Assembly (NCBI GenBank): GCA_963841435.1
Contig: CAWJCS010000006.1
Location: 1,184,001 to 1,248,000, forward strand
Source: an uncultured delta proteobacterium
Lineage (GTDB): Bacteria > Myxococcota_A > Polyangia > Polyangiales > Polyangiaceae
Length of the DNA: 64,000 nucleotides
Direction: 5' to 3'
Shown: positions 40,877 through 51,259 of the stretch, in pieces
Position numbering within the stretch: position 1 is the stretch's first letter
Layout: the number at the start of each line of letters is the position of its first letter
Notes under the pieces: model-generated
Database searches by the model: none
The model's input: the letters and a program-made list of their open reading frames with translations, nothing else
What the model was told of the DNA's origin: nothing
Made by a program: the position numbers and the translations under genes

Positions 40877-41759
40877 GTGCTCCTCCCGGAAGTCGGCGCC
40901 CCGCGTCTCGGTTCGTGGGCTAGCAAGGCGCTTTGCGTCATCGTGGCGATACTGCTCACCTTTGCCTGCACCCCCGCGGGTAAGAAGAGCAGTGCGGCCG
41001 CTCGCATCGAGGTCGTCGAGCTCGTCAAGGCAGCGTCCGAGGACGTGCGAGAGCTCCACGACGGCCTCCCCGTGGGTGCCGACGCCTTCGCCAAGCTCCT
41101 TCCCGACACTGGCCTCACCGGCCTCGAACCGAGTGAGGCACGCGAGGCGTTGCTCAAGGTGCGCAACCGAGTTCAGGACCTCCGCGTCGCCAAGTTCGAC
41201 CTTCTTCGCCCTCGTCGCGCCCACGGGTGTCGTCGTGCGTAGCGATGGTGAGCAGGACCGGCTCGCGGGCAAGGACCTCTTTGGCTCCTTTCCGGGGCTG
41301 CGCGGCGCCCTCTCCGGAGCCCCGGTCGTCGCGCTCGGCTCCATGCCCGAGGCGGCCGAGGTGCGGGGCCGCCCCGACGCAGAGCGCGTGGTCGGCGCGC
41401 GCCTCGAGCGCGACGGCAAGGTGATCGGGCTCTACGCGAGCGGCTGGTCCTGGTCGGCCTACGCCTATCGACTCGAGAACGCCGCTCGCAGCACGGCTCG
41501 CAGCGCGCTCGAAGAGGGCGCGAAGATGCCGCTCATTTATGTCTACGTGATCGTTGGACGCGAGGTGTACGGCGCGCCCGTTTCTCCGGACGTGAACGTC
41601 AAGGCGGTGCGCGACCTCGACGTCGTGACGAAGATCCACGGCGCCGAGCCGTTCGCGACCGAGCTCGAGATCACGGGCAGGGAGTTCGGCATCGCGGCCC
41701 TGCGCGCCCCCGCGCTCGGCGACGGTATCGCCGTGAGCGTGCTGCGCAGCGAAACCTGA
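40877..41759 (+). CDS. Hypothetical lipoprotein, Cache-like alpha/beta region (frameshift ~41195)
   Basis: Lipobox TFAC in ORF 40553..41242; protein-like sequence continues in ORF 40962..41759. Confidence 0.55.
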
Positions 41760-41766
41760 GGCGACC

Positions 41767-41988
41767 TCAGCGCGACACGTGCCGGGCTGGACCGAGGCGC
41801 CCGAAGCGGTGCAGCGCCACGAACGAGACGACGATTCCTGCGACGGTGAGCCAGCGCGCGAGCTCGTCGTCGTTCAGTGCGAGCAGGATGCCGAAGAGCA
41901 TCGAGGCGGCGCCGATCACGATGAGGAGCCGCGCGCGGCGCTCGTCGCGCTCGATGCCCTGCTGGGCGCTTTTCTTGCTCACGGCCAT
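41767..41988 (-). CDS. Small two-TM membrane protein
   Basis: 73 aa with two hydrophobic helices; GGAG RBS. Confidence 0.6.
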   Translation of the reverse strand: MAVSKKSAQQGIERDERRARLLIVIGAASMLFGILLALNDDELARWLTVAGIVVSFVALHRFGRLGPARHVSR

Positions 41989-42531
41989 TTCTCCGCGTGA
42001 GCGCGCACGAGAAAGTCGCGCACGTCTCGTCGCAGCTTGAGCTCGGCGGTCACCGTCGTCTCCTGGTGCTCCTCGCCGACATGGTCATCGTAGAGGTAGT
42101 CGGTGTCGTGCAGCACGAGCACGCGCGCGTCGCTGTCCTCGCCGAGACCGCTGACGAGTTGCAGCGCGTCGCCCATGCTCGGGTCCCGGGGTGGCAACGC
42201 GGGGCCGAGCGCGTTGCGCTCGTTCGAACGTCACGTAGGCGACGCCGTACTTTCGACCCTGCGCTGCGACGTCAACCTGCAGCTGCCTGCCGGGTGCCAG
42301 AGCCACCGGTTTGCCGTGCACGGGTAGGTCGTGCTCGTCCTGGAATGCCTGAAGCACGATCTCCATCGCGCGCCGCTCGTCGAGCGGGCGTGTCGGGTTC
42401 GCGGCACGCGGTGGCGGCGATCCGCAAGCTTGGACGATCATCGTCACGACCAGCCAAGCGAGGCTCGCTCGCGCGCCCCGAGGGCGCGAGAGCCTGCTCG
42501 CGAGCCGGGCTTCCGCTGTCATTGGACGCAA
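41979..42531 (-). CDS. Hypothetical lipoprotein (frameshift ~42230)
   Basis: Lipobox VQAC in ORF 42085..42531; the C-terminus lies in ORF 41979..42197. Confidence 0.55.
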
Positions 42532-42572
42532 AAGGTAGCCAAGAGGGCGAGGTTTAGCTAGCTCTCGGCGAC

Positions 42573-43205
42573 ATGCCTCGTCCAGGTCCCTCGGCGGTCC
42601 CGACGCTGGCGCTCGCGGGGCTCCTTCTCGGCTGCGCGCCCAAATCGCTGCCGGATCCGCGCGACGCCGCCCGGACCTACGCGGAAGCAGCCGCCCGCGG
42701 GGACGCCGTCCGGATCCACGCCCTGCTGACCCACGAGGCCCAGCGCCGTTTCGGCGCCGAGGGGACGCGCCGCCGGGTGGCCGACGCCCGCCCCGAGATC
42801 GTCCGGAACGGCAGGGCGCTGCTCGCCCCCGGCGTGCGGGTCGAGGGCGAAGCGACCGTGCTTTTGGCGGACGGGGGTGAGGCGGCCCTGAGCCTCGAGG
42901 GGGACTCCTTCCGTGTCGACGCGGCGGCCACCCTGCCGAGCGCGGCGCGCACGCCGGCGCAGGCGCTCGACGGGCTCAGGCGGGCGCTGCAACAGCGAAG
43001 CTATGCGGCGCTCTTGCGCGTGCTCAGCGTGGACACGCGCGGCTCCGTCGAGGGCGACGTGCGCGCGCTCGTCGCCGGGCTCGAGGATGCGTCGTCGCTC
43101 GACGTGCGCGTGAACGGTGACCGCGCGGAGGTCGACGTGCCCGGGGGCCATGCGGTCTCGCTCAGGCGCGAGGGAGGTGTTTGGCGCGTGGAGGACGTGC
43201 GATGA
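42573..43205 (+). CDS. Hypothetical lipoprotein with two NTF2-like/DUF4878-like repeats
   Basis: Lipobox LLGC; repeated L..EGD.FRV and LRREGGVWRV ends. Confidence 0.6.
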   Translation: MPRPGPSAVPTLALAGLLLGCAPKSLPDPRDAARTYAEAAARGDAVRIHALLTHEAQRRFGAEGTRRRVADARPEIVRNGRALLAPGVRVEGEATVLLADGGEAALSLEGDSFRVDAAATLPSAARTPAQALDGLRRALQQRSYAALLRVLSVDTRGSVEGDVRALVAGLEDASSLDVRVNGDRAEVDVPGGHAVSLRREGGVWRVEDVR

Positions 43206-43960
43206 GCGGAGTCCCGCGCCGCGCGGCGCTCGGCGCTCTCGCGGCGGTCGTCCTTTCCGGGAGCCGGGCCGGCGCCTTCGGTGAGGCCGGCGCCTTCCGC
43301 GCGCGGCTGCTCGCGGCCGGTAAGACCACGCCGGCCGGCCCACGCGGCCTTGGCGCCGAGCGTTGGGGAGCCGAGCTCGTGAGGCGGACGAGCGCGCCCG
43401 CGGCGCTCGTGGGTGCGCCTGTCGCCGCCGACGCGCCGCGCCTGCTCGCCGAGCCGTTCGCCGTCTGGTCGGGACGCGACGACCCCGGGGCGCTCACCGC
43501 CGCGGAGGCGCGCGGTCTCGAGCGGTTCCTAAAGCTCGGTGGGACGCTCGTCGTCGACGATGCCGAGCCCGGCTCGGGCGCCTTCGATCGGGGTGCGCGC
43601 CGCGAGCTCGCGCGTGTCTTGCCGGAGTCGCCGCCCGTACACCTGCCCGAAGCGCACGTGGTCTACAAGACGTTCTACCTCGTGGAGCGCCCGGTCGGGC
43701 GCGTGCTCGGCCCACCCTACCTCGATGCCATCGTGCGCGGGCGCAACGCCCAGGTCCTGTTCCTTGCTCACGATTTGCTGGGCGCGCTCGCGCGCGCCGG
43801 CGAGGGATGGGCGTTTCCCGTCGAGCCAGGCGGCAGCGAGCAGCGCGAGCGCGCGATCCGCCTGGCCGTGAACATCGCCATGTACGTGCTCTGCTCCGAC
43901 TACAAGGACGACGTCGTGCATGCGCCGTTCTTGCTCCAGCGTCGGGGTCGGGCAAAGTAG
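43202..43960 (+). CDS. DUF4159 domain protein
   Basis: FLKLGGTLVVDD and NIAMYVLCSDYKDD motifs; twin-Arg-like leader. Confidence 0.8.
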   Translation: MSGVPRRAALGALAAVVLSGSRAGAFGEAGAFRARLLAAGKTTPAGPRGLGAERWGAELVRRTSAPAALVGAPVAADAPRLLAEPFAVWSGRDDPGALTAAEARGLERFLKLGGTLVVDDAEPGSGAFDRGARRELARVLPESPPVHLPEAHVVYKTFYLVERPVGRVLGPPYLDAIVRGRNAQVLFLAHDLLGALARAGEGWAFPVEPGGSEQRERAIRLAVNIAMYVLCSDYKDDVVHAPFLLQRRGRAK

Positions 43961-43987
43961 CCGGAAGCTCGGCTCGGAGCATTCACG

Positions 43988-46192
43988 TTGCAAGCTTGGT
44001 CGACTGCCGAGGGACTGTCGCCGCTCATGGCCTGGGTGGGCGTCGCCGTCGTGGCGGCGTGGCTCGCCTGGCTGTTCGTGGAGCTCCGCGGTGCACCCGA
44101 GCGGCGCGGCGTGCTCGCGCTGAGCGGCATCGCCGCGGCGGCCATCTGTCTGCTGGCTGTCTTGCGCCCGGTGCGCGTCACCTCGCGCGGCAGCCGCGTG
44201 GGACCGCGCGTCGTCGTGCTCGTCGATCAGGCGCGGCGGCTCCGGCTGCCCGAAGGGCGCGCCGATCGCCGGCAAGTGGCGATTTCGGCCGCGCGCGAGG
44301 TCGTCACTCGATTTGCCGACGCGCGCGTCGAGTTGCGCGGGTTCGGCGACGGCCGACTCGAACCGCTGTCGCTCGCAGACCGTCCGAGCACCGAGCGCTC
44401 GCTCGGCGAGGAGAGCGACCTCGGCGCCGCGTTGCGCGATCTGCTCGCGGAGCCCGGTGAGCGACCTGCGAGCGTCGTCGTCGTGAGTGACGGCCGGCTC
44501 GCTCGGCCCGCCGAGGGCATCGACGAGGCCGCTCTCGAGCGCATGATCGCGGCGCCCGGCGTCGTGCTCCACACGGTGCGCGTCACCGAAGACGCGCCAC
44601 GCGACGCGAGCGTGCGTCGCGTGGCCTTCGCGGGCGCCGCCGTCGCTCACCAGCCGTTCGTGCTGCACGTGACCGTCGGCTGTGCGGGCGGCCTCGCCTG
44701 CGACCGGGTCCCCGTGCGCGTCAGCGAGCTCAGGCGCGGGGGGCCCAAGGTGGAGCTTTCGCGTGGCGTCGCGAGCGCGACGAGTGGAGAGGCGACGCTC
44801 GATCTCGAGGTGACCATCGAGCGCGCCGGCCGGCGCGTGATCGAGATCGAGCTCGACGCCCCCGATGGCGACACGGTGAAGGAAAACGATCGGCGGATCC
44901 TCACGCTCGACGTGGCCCGGGAGCGGGTGAGGTTGCTGCACGTGGCGGGGCGTCCGACGTACGACGTGCGCCAGCTGCGCCGTTGGCTGAAGAACGACGA
45001 ATCGGTCGACCTCGTCGCATTCTTCATCTTGCGCACGAATGGCGACGACCCGAACGTTCTCGACGATACCGCCGAGCTGTCGCTGATTCCTTTTCCCGTG
45101 GACGCTTTGTTCACCGAGCACCTGCCGAGCTTCGACGCGGTCGTGCTGCAGGACATCGACGCCGTCGAATACAAGCTCGAGCCGTATTTGCCGGCGCTCT
45201 CGGCGTACGTGCGTGCGGGCGGCGGCCTGATCATGGTCGGCGGTCCTTCGGCGTTCGCGGGCGGCGGCTACGCCGGCTCGCCGCTCGAGGCGGTGCTGCC
45301 CGTCGAGCTTCCGAGGAGGGGCGAGCCCTACGATCTCAGGGGCTTCGAGCCCGTTCCCACGGCGGCCGGGCGCGTGGCTCCTATGCTGCGCGGGGCGTCC
45401 GAGCTGCTCGGCGACAAGCTGCCGCGCATGGAGGGGTCGAACACGCTCGGTCCCCCGCGCCCCTCGGCGATCGTGCTCTGGGAGCACCCGGGCCGGCGTA
45501 CCGACGCCGGCGGCGCGATGCCCGTGCTCGCACTATCGGAGACCGGTGACGGCCGTTCCATCGCGCTCGGCGTGGACGCGACCTATGAGCTCGGCTTCGG
45601 CGAGCTCGCCGAGCGGTCGAGCGGCCGCGCCTACGGCGCGCTCTGGGAGGGCCTGCTCGGCTGGCTCATGCGCGATCCGCGCTATGAGCTCGGGCGCGTG
45701 ACACTCCCTTCGCCGTGCATCGCGGGTGAGCCCACCGAGCTCGAGCTCGTGCCGCCTCCTGGCAGCGAGGGCGTGCTCACGCTCGTCATCGAAGCGCTGG
45801 GCCCGGACGTCTCGCCCGTCGTGGAGCGGCGCCTGCCGCCATCGGGTCGAACCGAGCACGTCGACATCGGACGCTTGCCGCCTGGCGGATACGGCGCTCG
45901 CCTGGCGGTCGGCGCGGCACCGCCCCTGCGCTTCGACTTCGCTTGCGAGGCGGGCGGCGCCGCGTTCGCGGACGTGCGCCCCGATCCAGCGCGGCTCGAG
46001 CGCCTGGCGCACGCGAGCGGCGGACGGAGCGTCGCGCCCGACGCCGTGGCCGATCTGCCCCGTCCCTCGAGCTCCGAGGTCACGGTCGAGCGCCGCACGA
46101 CGCCGCTTCTGCCCGCGTGGGCGTGGACCGCTGGCGCAGCCGCGGCGCTCGGTGCCCACTGGATCTTGCGGCGCAAGCACGGCCTCGCGTGA
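43988..46192 (+). CDS. Membrane protein with vWA-like and GATase1-like (DUF1355-type) domains
   Basis: N-terminal TMs, VVLVD...VVVSDG, DLVAFFILR, GGGLIMVGG and terminal WILRRKHGL. Confidence 0.75.
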   Translation: MQAWSTAEGLSPLMAWVGVAVVAAWLAWLFVELRGAPERRGVLALSGIAAAAICLLAVLRPVRVTSRGSRVGPRVVVLVDQARRLRLPEGRADRRQVAISAAREVVTRFADARVELRGFGDGRLEPLSLADRPSTERSLGEESDLGAALRDLLAEPGERPASVVVVSDGRLARPAEGIDEAALERMIAAPGVVLHTVRVTEDAPRDASVRRVAFAGAAVAHQPFVLHVTVGCAGGLACDRVPVRVSELRRGGPKVELSRGVASATSGEATLDLEVTIERAGRRVIEIELDAPDGDTVKENDRRILTLDVARERVRLLHVAGRPTYDVRQLRRWLKNDESVDLVAFFILRTNGDDPNVLDDTAELSLIPFPVDALFTEHLPSFDAVVLQDIDAVEYKLEPYLPALSAYVRAGGGLIMVGGPSAFAGGGYAGSPLEAVLPVELPRRGEPYDLRGFEPVPTAAGRVAPMLRGASELLGDKLPRMEGSNTLGPPRPSAIVLWEHPGRRTDAGGAMPVLALSETGDGRSIALGVDATYELGFGELAERSSGRAYGALWEGLLGWLMRDPRYELGRVTLPSPCIAGEPTELELVPPPGSEGVLTLVIEALGPDVSPVVERRLPPSGRTEHVDIGRLPPGGYGARLAVGAAPPLRFDFACEAGGAAFADVRPDPARLERLAHASGGRSVAPDAVADLPRPSSSEVTVERRTTPLLPAWAWTAGAAAALGAHWILRRKHGLA

Positions 46193-46238
46193 CCGCGCGG
46201 CGAGCGTGCCCGATTCGGATCTGGTAACCTGCGCGGCG

Positions 46239-48680
46239 ATGCTGCGGCTTCGCGCGCTGGCGCTCGTCGCTCCCTTGCTGCTCGTTGCCGGCAAGGCGCC
46301 CGCCTCGATATGGCCCACGGCGGCACGGCGCGTGGAGCGCGAGCTCGCCGCCGAGGACCCCGACGTGCGGCGTCGCGCCGCAGAGGCCATCGTCGACTTG
46401 CCGCGCGGCGCAGCGCGACGCCTGCTCGATCTTGCGCTCTCTGATCCCAGCCCCGACGTGCGCCTGGCCGCCGCGGAAGTCGCGACGCGCGTGCCGACGC
46501 CCGAGCTCGGCGCGCGGCTTTCGAGTTGGCTGTCCGACTCGGACAGCCGTATTCGCATCGCCGCTGCCGAGGCGCTCGCCGCCCATCCGGATCGCGCCGC
46601 GCTCGCTGCGCTCGGTCGCGCGTCGTCCGACGTCGACGCCGGGGTCCGCACCGCCGTCGCGCGCGCGCTCGGTGCGGCGGGCAGCCCCGAGGCGGTGTTG
46701 CCCCTGCTCGGTCGTCTCGACGACGCCGTGCCCGATGTGCGGCGCGAGGTCATCCTCGCTCTCGGCCGGTTGCGCGACCGGCGCAGCGTGATCCCGCTGC
46801 TCGCCAAGGTCGAAGACCCCGCGGCCGTCGTGCGCCGCGCCGCGGCGCTGGCGCTCGGCGCGCTCGGCGATGCACGTGCCGTGGGCGCGCTCGTGCTCGC
46901 GCTGCGCGACCAGGACGAAACCGTGCGCATGGCCGCGATCGAAGCCGTGGGGAGGCTCGGCGACCCCTCGGTGGTGGCGAGCCTGGTCGCGGTGCTCAGC
47001 GATGCCACAACCGCGGTTCGCGCTGAGGCCGTCAAAGCGCTCGGCCGGCTCGGCACGCCCGAAGCTACGACCGCCGTCGTGAGCGAGCTCGGGCGACGCG
47101 ACGCCGACATCGAGCCGTTGCTCGCCGCCATCCGTCTGGGCGGGAAGCGCGCCCTCGGACCCCTCCGCGTTTGCGTTGACGCACAGCGTGGTCTGCGCTC
47201 GGTCAACGGCTGCGTTCTTGCGCTCGGCGAGCTCGGCGACGAAAACAACGTCGAGCGTGTGCGGCGCGCCCTCGAGCGCGGCGACGCCTCGCCACGCGCC
47301 GCGATCCGCGCGCTCGGAACGCTCGGCCGGCCCGAGGCGTTGCCCACCGTGCTCGAACGCCTCTCCGACCCGGACGGCGCCGTGCGCCGCGAAGCGCTCT
47401 TGGCGCTCGCCAACTTGCTCGATCCCGCGCGGGCCGACGGGCGCGCCGTCGACCCGCTCGTGCGCGCCCTCAACGCTCGTGGACGCTCGTCGGAAGAACG
47501 CCTGGCCGTGCTGTCGCTGCTCGGTCGCAGCGGTGCGCGCCGCGCCGCCGTCGTGCTCGCCGACGTGGCTGCCCATTCGACGAGCGCCGACGTCGTCGCG
47601 GCGGCGCTCGAGGGGCTCGGGACGATCGGTCCGGCCGGCTACGACCGCGTTCTGCTCGAGGGGCTCGATCACGAGGACGGCGCCGTACGCACGGCGGCGG
47701 CGTTGGCCCTCAGGCGGGCCGGCTCCGCGCGCGTCGTCGGGCCGCTGCTCGACCGCTTCGAGGGCGCCGGCGGCCAGGATCGCGGTGCGCTCGGGATCGC
47801 CCTCGCCGGCGTCGCCGTGCACGGCGGCGGGCTGCCCGTCGTCGGGCGCCTGCTAGACGCCCTCGCCGTGAGCCGTGGCGCCGAGCGCGACGGGCTGATC
47901 GAGGCGCTCGGCGAGGTCGGTGCTCCGGCGCTCGCGGCACTCGGCACGCTATCTCGAAGCCGAGATCCCGCCGATCGGGCGAAGGTTGCCGAGGCGCTCG
48001 CCGGGCTGGACGGCGCGACGCCGCTGCTCGCGAAGCTCGGTGCCGACCGCGACCCGGGCACGCGCGCGGCCGCCGTCTGGGGGCTCGGATCGAGCGCGCG
48101 AGCGAGCGAGGCGTCGTGGCTCGCGCGAACGCTCGCCGACGAAAACGTCATGGTGGCCGCGAACGCGGCCGCGGCGCTCGGGCGCGTCGCAGCGAGAACG
48201 AAGGCCAACGTGTCGGCGGCGCTCTGCCGGGCGCTCGTTGACGAGCGTGCCGCCGTGCGAGCCAATGCGCTCGCCGGCCTCGTGCTCGCCTCCGCCGATT
48301 GCACCGACGCCGCCGTCACCGAGCTCTTGCTGCGCGACCGTTCCGAAAGCGTGCGGGCAGCGGCCGCGCGCCTGCTCCTGACGCGCGGCGGGCCGGAGGC
48401 GAGGGATGCCCTCTCGCGCTGCGCGGACGAGGACCAGAGCGCTCGCGTCGCCGCCGTGTGCAACGACGCCGTTCGCTCAGCGACGTCCCGCCGCGAGCCC
48501 GCTCTGGTGTTCGTCGTGCCCGTGGGGGAGCTGGACCCGGCGCCCGGCGCGCCGTTCGCGCTCGGTTTCGCCGATGGCACGGAGCGGCTGGGCTTGGCGG
48601 ATCGGCGAGGCGCCGTATTCGAGCGCAGCGCACCGTTCGGGTCGCTTTCGCTCGAGCTCTTTCCGAGCGGAGGCGATTGA
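46239..48680 (+). CDS. Exported HEAT/PBS-lyase repeat protein
   Basis: Signal peptide followed by about 20 L.D....VR..AA.ALG repeats. Confidence 0.85.
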   Translation: MLRLRALALVAPLLLVAGKAPASIWPTAARRVERELAAEDPDVRRRAAEAIVDLPRGAARRLLDLALSDPSPDVRLAAAEVATRVPTPELGARLSSWLSDSDSRIRIAAAEALAAHPDRAALAALGRASSDVDAGVRTAVARALGAAGSPEAVLPLLGRLDDAVPDVRREVILALGRLRDRRSVIPLLAKVEDPAAVVRRAAALALGALGDARAVGALVLALRDQDETVRMAAIEAVGRLGDPSVVASLVAVLSDATTAVRAEAVKALGRLGTPEATTAVVSELGRRDADIEPLLAAIRLGGKRALGPLRVCVDAQRGLRSVNGCVLALGELGDENNVERVRRALERGDASPRAAIRALGTLGRPEALPTVLERLSDPDGAVRREALLALANLLDPARADGRAVDPLVRALNARGRSSEERLAVLSLLGRSGARRAAVVLADVAAHSTSADVVAAALEGLGTIGPAGYDRVLLEGLDHEDGAVRTAAALALRRAGSARVVGPLLDRFEGAGGQDRGALGIALAGVAVHGGGLPVVGRLLDALAVSRGAERDGLIEALGEVGAPALAALGTLSRSRDPADRAKVAEALAGLDGATPLLAKLGADRDPGTRAAAVWGLGSSARASEASWLARTLADENVMVAANAAAALGRVAARTKANVSAALCRALVDERAAVRANALAGLVLASADCTDAAVTELLLRDRSESVRAAAARLLLTRGGPEARDALSRCADEDQSARVAAVCNDAVRSATSRREPALVFVVPVGELDPAPGAPFALGFADGTERLGLADRRGAVFERSAPFGSLSLELFPSGGD

Positions 48681-48683
48681 ATC

Positions 48684-49616
48684 GTGGTCGCGCCGATCGT
48701 GATCGACCTCGGGATCGCCGATCCGCCGCAAGAGTCGGTGCAAGTGCTCGCGAACGCCTGCTCCCAGGCCGCAACCGACACGACCTGTTACCTCGTGCGG
48801 CAAGCTCCCGAGGGTCCGTATGCCGCGATCGCCATCGTGACGTGGGAGGCGGACGATCGCGTTCGCATCGAGGTCGGTCTGAGGCGGGCGGAAGGTGCCG
48901 AATGGCGCTCGCGCGATATCGCTTTCCAGGTCGCCGACGCCGAGATCGAGCGGTATCGTAGCGTCGGGTTCGTCATCGGGACGCTCGCGAGCGCGGACAA
49001 ATCCGAGCTCGCGCGGCGACGCGAAGTACCGAGGGCTGCCCCGGCGTCCGTCGGACCGCCGCCCACCGAACGTCGGCGACCGCCTGCGAAAACCGCGCCC
49101 CCTCCCGAGTCCGCCCAGCCGGCGCGCGGCTTCATCGTCGTTGCGGCCGCGGGCTCGCGCGCGACATCCGAAGGCGCGCCACGCCTCGGCGGGCAGCTGC
49201 GCGCCGGAGTGCTCGTCTATCCTCGCCTGCTGCTGCTGCTCTCGACGGGAGCTTCGGCGCGCGCGCGCGACGATCAGGGCTTGGTGCTGAGCTGGTTGGA
49301 TGCAGGCGGCGGGCTCGGTTGGTCGCTAGGCCCCGGCTCGGGCCTGCGCCTCGAGCTCAGGCTCGAAGCCGTCGTCGAGCGACTGGCGGCTGAAGCCCGG
49401 ACGCCACGGGGCGTCAACACGCGCAGCCGGACGCAGCTGGCGGCGCGGCTCGGCGCGGACGGTGTCGTGCCGCTCGGCGGCTTCGTGTCGCTCGTGCTCG
49501 GCGTCGAGGCGCTCGGCCGTGGCTCCAAGACCTACTTCAGCGTCGAGGGAGCGCCGGCGGGCGCCACCGAGCTCGTGCAGCTAGGCGGTGCCCTCGGCGT
49601 CCGCCTCGATCTCTGA
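48684..49616 (+). CDS. Hypothetical protein with C-terminal beta-strand (barrel-like) domain
   Basis: Co-oriented ORF with alternating hydrophobic strands ending GVRLDL. Confidence 0.5.
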   Translation: MVAPIVIDLGIADPPQESVQVLANACSQAATDTTCYLVRQAPEGPYAAIAIVTWEADDRVRIEVGLRRAEGAEWRSRDIAFQVADAEIERYRSVGFVIGTLASADKSELARRREVPRAAPASVGPPPTERRRPPAKTAPPPESAQPARGFIVVAAAGSRATSEGAPRLGGQLRAGVLVYPRLLLLLSTGASARARDDQGLVLSWLDAGGGLGWSLGPGSGLRLELRLEAVVERLAAEARTPRGVNTRSRTQLAARLGADGVVPLGGFVSLVLGVEALGRGSKTYFSVEGAPAGATELVQLGGALGVRLDL

Positions 49617-49670
49617 CCGAAGGAGGCGCGCGTGGGGCTCGCTCGACCGCGCGCCCGGCCGGCGGGAAAA

Positions 49671-50474
49671 TCAAGGTGGGGGCAGCCCCTCGCAGCGGCC
49701 CGTGTTGAGGTCGCAGTAGCGGTAAGGTCCGCACTGGAACATGCCGGTGCAGGCTCGGCACTCGTACTGGGCGCAGATCGGCTTGTCGAGCGGGCAATCG
49801 AACGAATCGCGACAGTCCACGCACGTTCCACCCGGCTGCAGGCACCGATCCGGCGCACAGTGGAGGTCCACCGTGCACTCGACGCAGAAAAAGAAGAACT
49901 GGTCGCAGAAGGGTCGATCGAATGGACACTGGTCCGAGGTGCGGCAGCTCGGCGTGCATTCGTAGAGCCCCTGGTAGGTGTTGCAGGCCTTGCCCGGGCT
50001 GCAGTCGAAGTCGCTCAGGCAGGCGATGCAGCGACTCAAATTCGTAGTTCGATCACGGAAACAGATGGGGGTCCCCATCGGGCAGTCGGCGCTCGCGACG
50101 CACGCGATGGGTCCGGCGCCTCCTTGGTCGTCACCACCTTCCCCGGTGAGCGCACCGACGTTGCCAGTTCCACCTGCGGCCACGGCGCCCCCACGACCCG
50201 CGGCACCCCCGGCCGCTGCGGGCGGGTGGCCCCCGGAGCTCGTCCCCGAAGTTTGCGTTCCGGCCGCCGCGCCCGACCCACCGGCCGCACTCGAGCCACC
50301 CGCGCCGCCGGATCCCTTGCTCGCGCCGCTCGAGAGAAGATCGAAGTTTTCGCTCGCGCAGCCCCACGCCATGGCAAGCGCTACGGCGAGGATTCGGCTC
50401 GGGCGACTCATCCGGAGCGCCATTCTAGCCTCGCCACCGGGCAGGCGCCGCGCGTTGTGCGCTTCCGTGGCCAC
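49671..50474 (-). CDS. Cys-rich repeat lipoprotein
   Basis: Lipobox AWGC, Gly-rich linker and about six C...DC....P.C repeats. The start may be ~50423. Confidence 0.75.
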   Translation of the reverse strand: MATEAHNARRLPGGEARMALRMSRPSRILAVALAMAWGCASENFDLLSSGASKGSGGAGGSSAAGGSGAAAGTQTSGTSSGGHPPAAAGGAAGRGGAVAAGGTGNVGALTGEGGDDQGGAGPIACVASADCPMGTPICFRDRTTNLSRCIACLSDFDCSPGKACNTYQGLYECTPSCRTSDQCPFDRPFCDQFFFFCVECTVDLHCAPDRCLQPGGTCVDCRDSFDCPLDKPICAQYECRACTGMFQCGPYRYCDLNTGRCEGLPPP

Positions 50475-50620
50475 GGGAGATTTTCGGAGCAGGTGTCATC
50501 GGGCAGGCGAGCTTTGGGGACGTGCAGAAAGCGGCTGGCGAGAAAAAGGCTCGCAAAACCGGGAACAAGGCCGGCGTCGGGGTGCCTGCTCGCTGGGACA
50601 ATGAGGTACACTACTATCTA

Positions 50621-51259
50621 GTGACACAAGCGGTCAGAACCCTGGCGGCTCGCCTACGAGTCATCGACGGCGGCGCTGACCCCCGTGCCTCCGGGCCTAC
50701 CGACGAGGAGCTCGTCGAAGCCGTTCAAAAGGGCGATGCCGCCGTTGCGAGCCTGCTCTACGACCGCCTGCTGAGCGCCGTCGATCACGCGCTGTATCGG
50801 GTGTTCGGCCGGCGCGAGCACGACCACGACGACCTCGTTCAGGCCGCGTTCGAGCAGATCGTGCTGACGCTCTCACGTCGCTCCTACGCTCGCGCCTGCA
50901 GCCTGCAGACCTGGGCTTCGACCATTGCGACGCACGTTGCCTTCAATGCCCTTCGAGCCCGGCGCCGCGAACGGCGCGTGTTCGACCGAGATCCCTCGAG
51001 CACGGCGGACGCCGAGCCCGTGTCGAGCGCCAATCTCGAGCGCGCGGCTGGCGCGCGGGCTGACCTCGCGCGCGTGCGGTCGTCGCTGGTGCAGATGAAG
51101 CCCGAACGCGCCGAGACGGTGTTCTTGCACGACGTGCTCGGTCACGACCTTGCCGAGATCGCGCTGATGACGCGCGTCTCCGTTTCCGCTGCGCAGTCGC
51201 GGCTCGTGCGCGGCCGACGAGAGCTCAGGCATCGCTTGTCGAAGGAGGCGTCTCCGTGA
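50621..51259 (+). CDS. ECF RNA polymerase sigma factor
   Basis: Region 2 DDLVQAAF...LQTWASTIA; region 4 LAEIALMTRVSVSAAQSRLVRGR. Confidence 0.9.
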   Translation: MTQAVRTLAARLRVIDGGADPRASGPTDEELVEAVQKGDAAVASLLYDRLLSAVDHALYRVFGRREHDHDDLVQAAFEQIVLTLSRRSYARACSLQTWASTIATHVAFNALRARRRERRVFDRDPSSTADAEPVSSANLERAAGARADLARVRSSLVQMKPERAETVFLHDVLGHDLAEIALMTRVSVSAAQSRLVRGRRELRHRLSKEASP

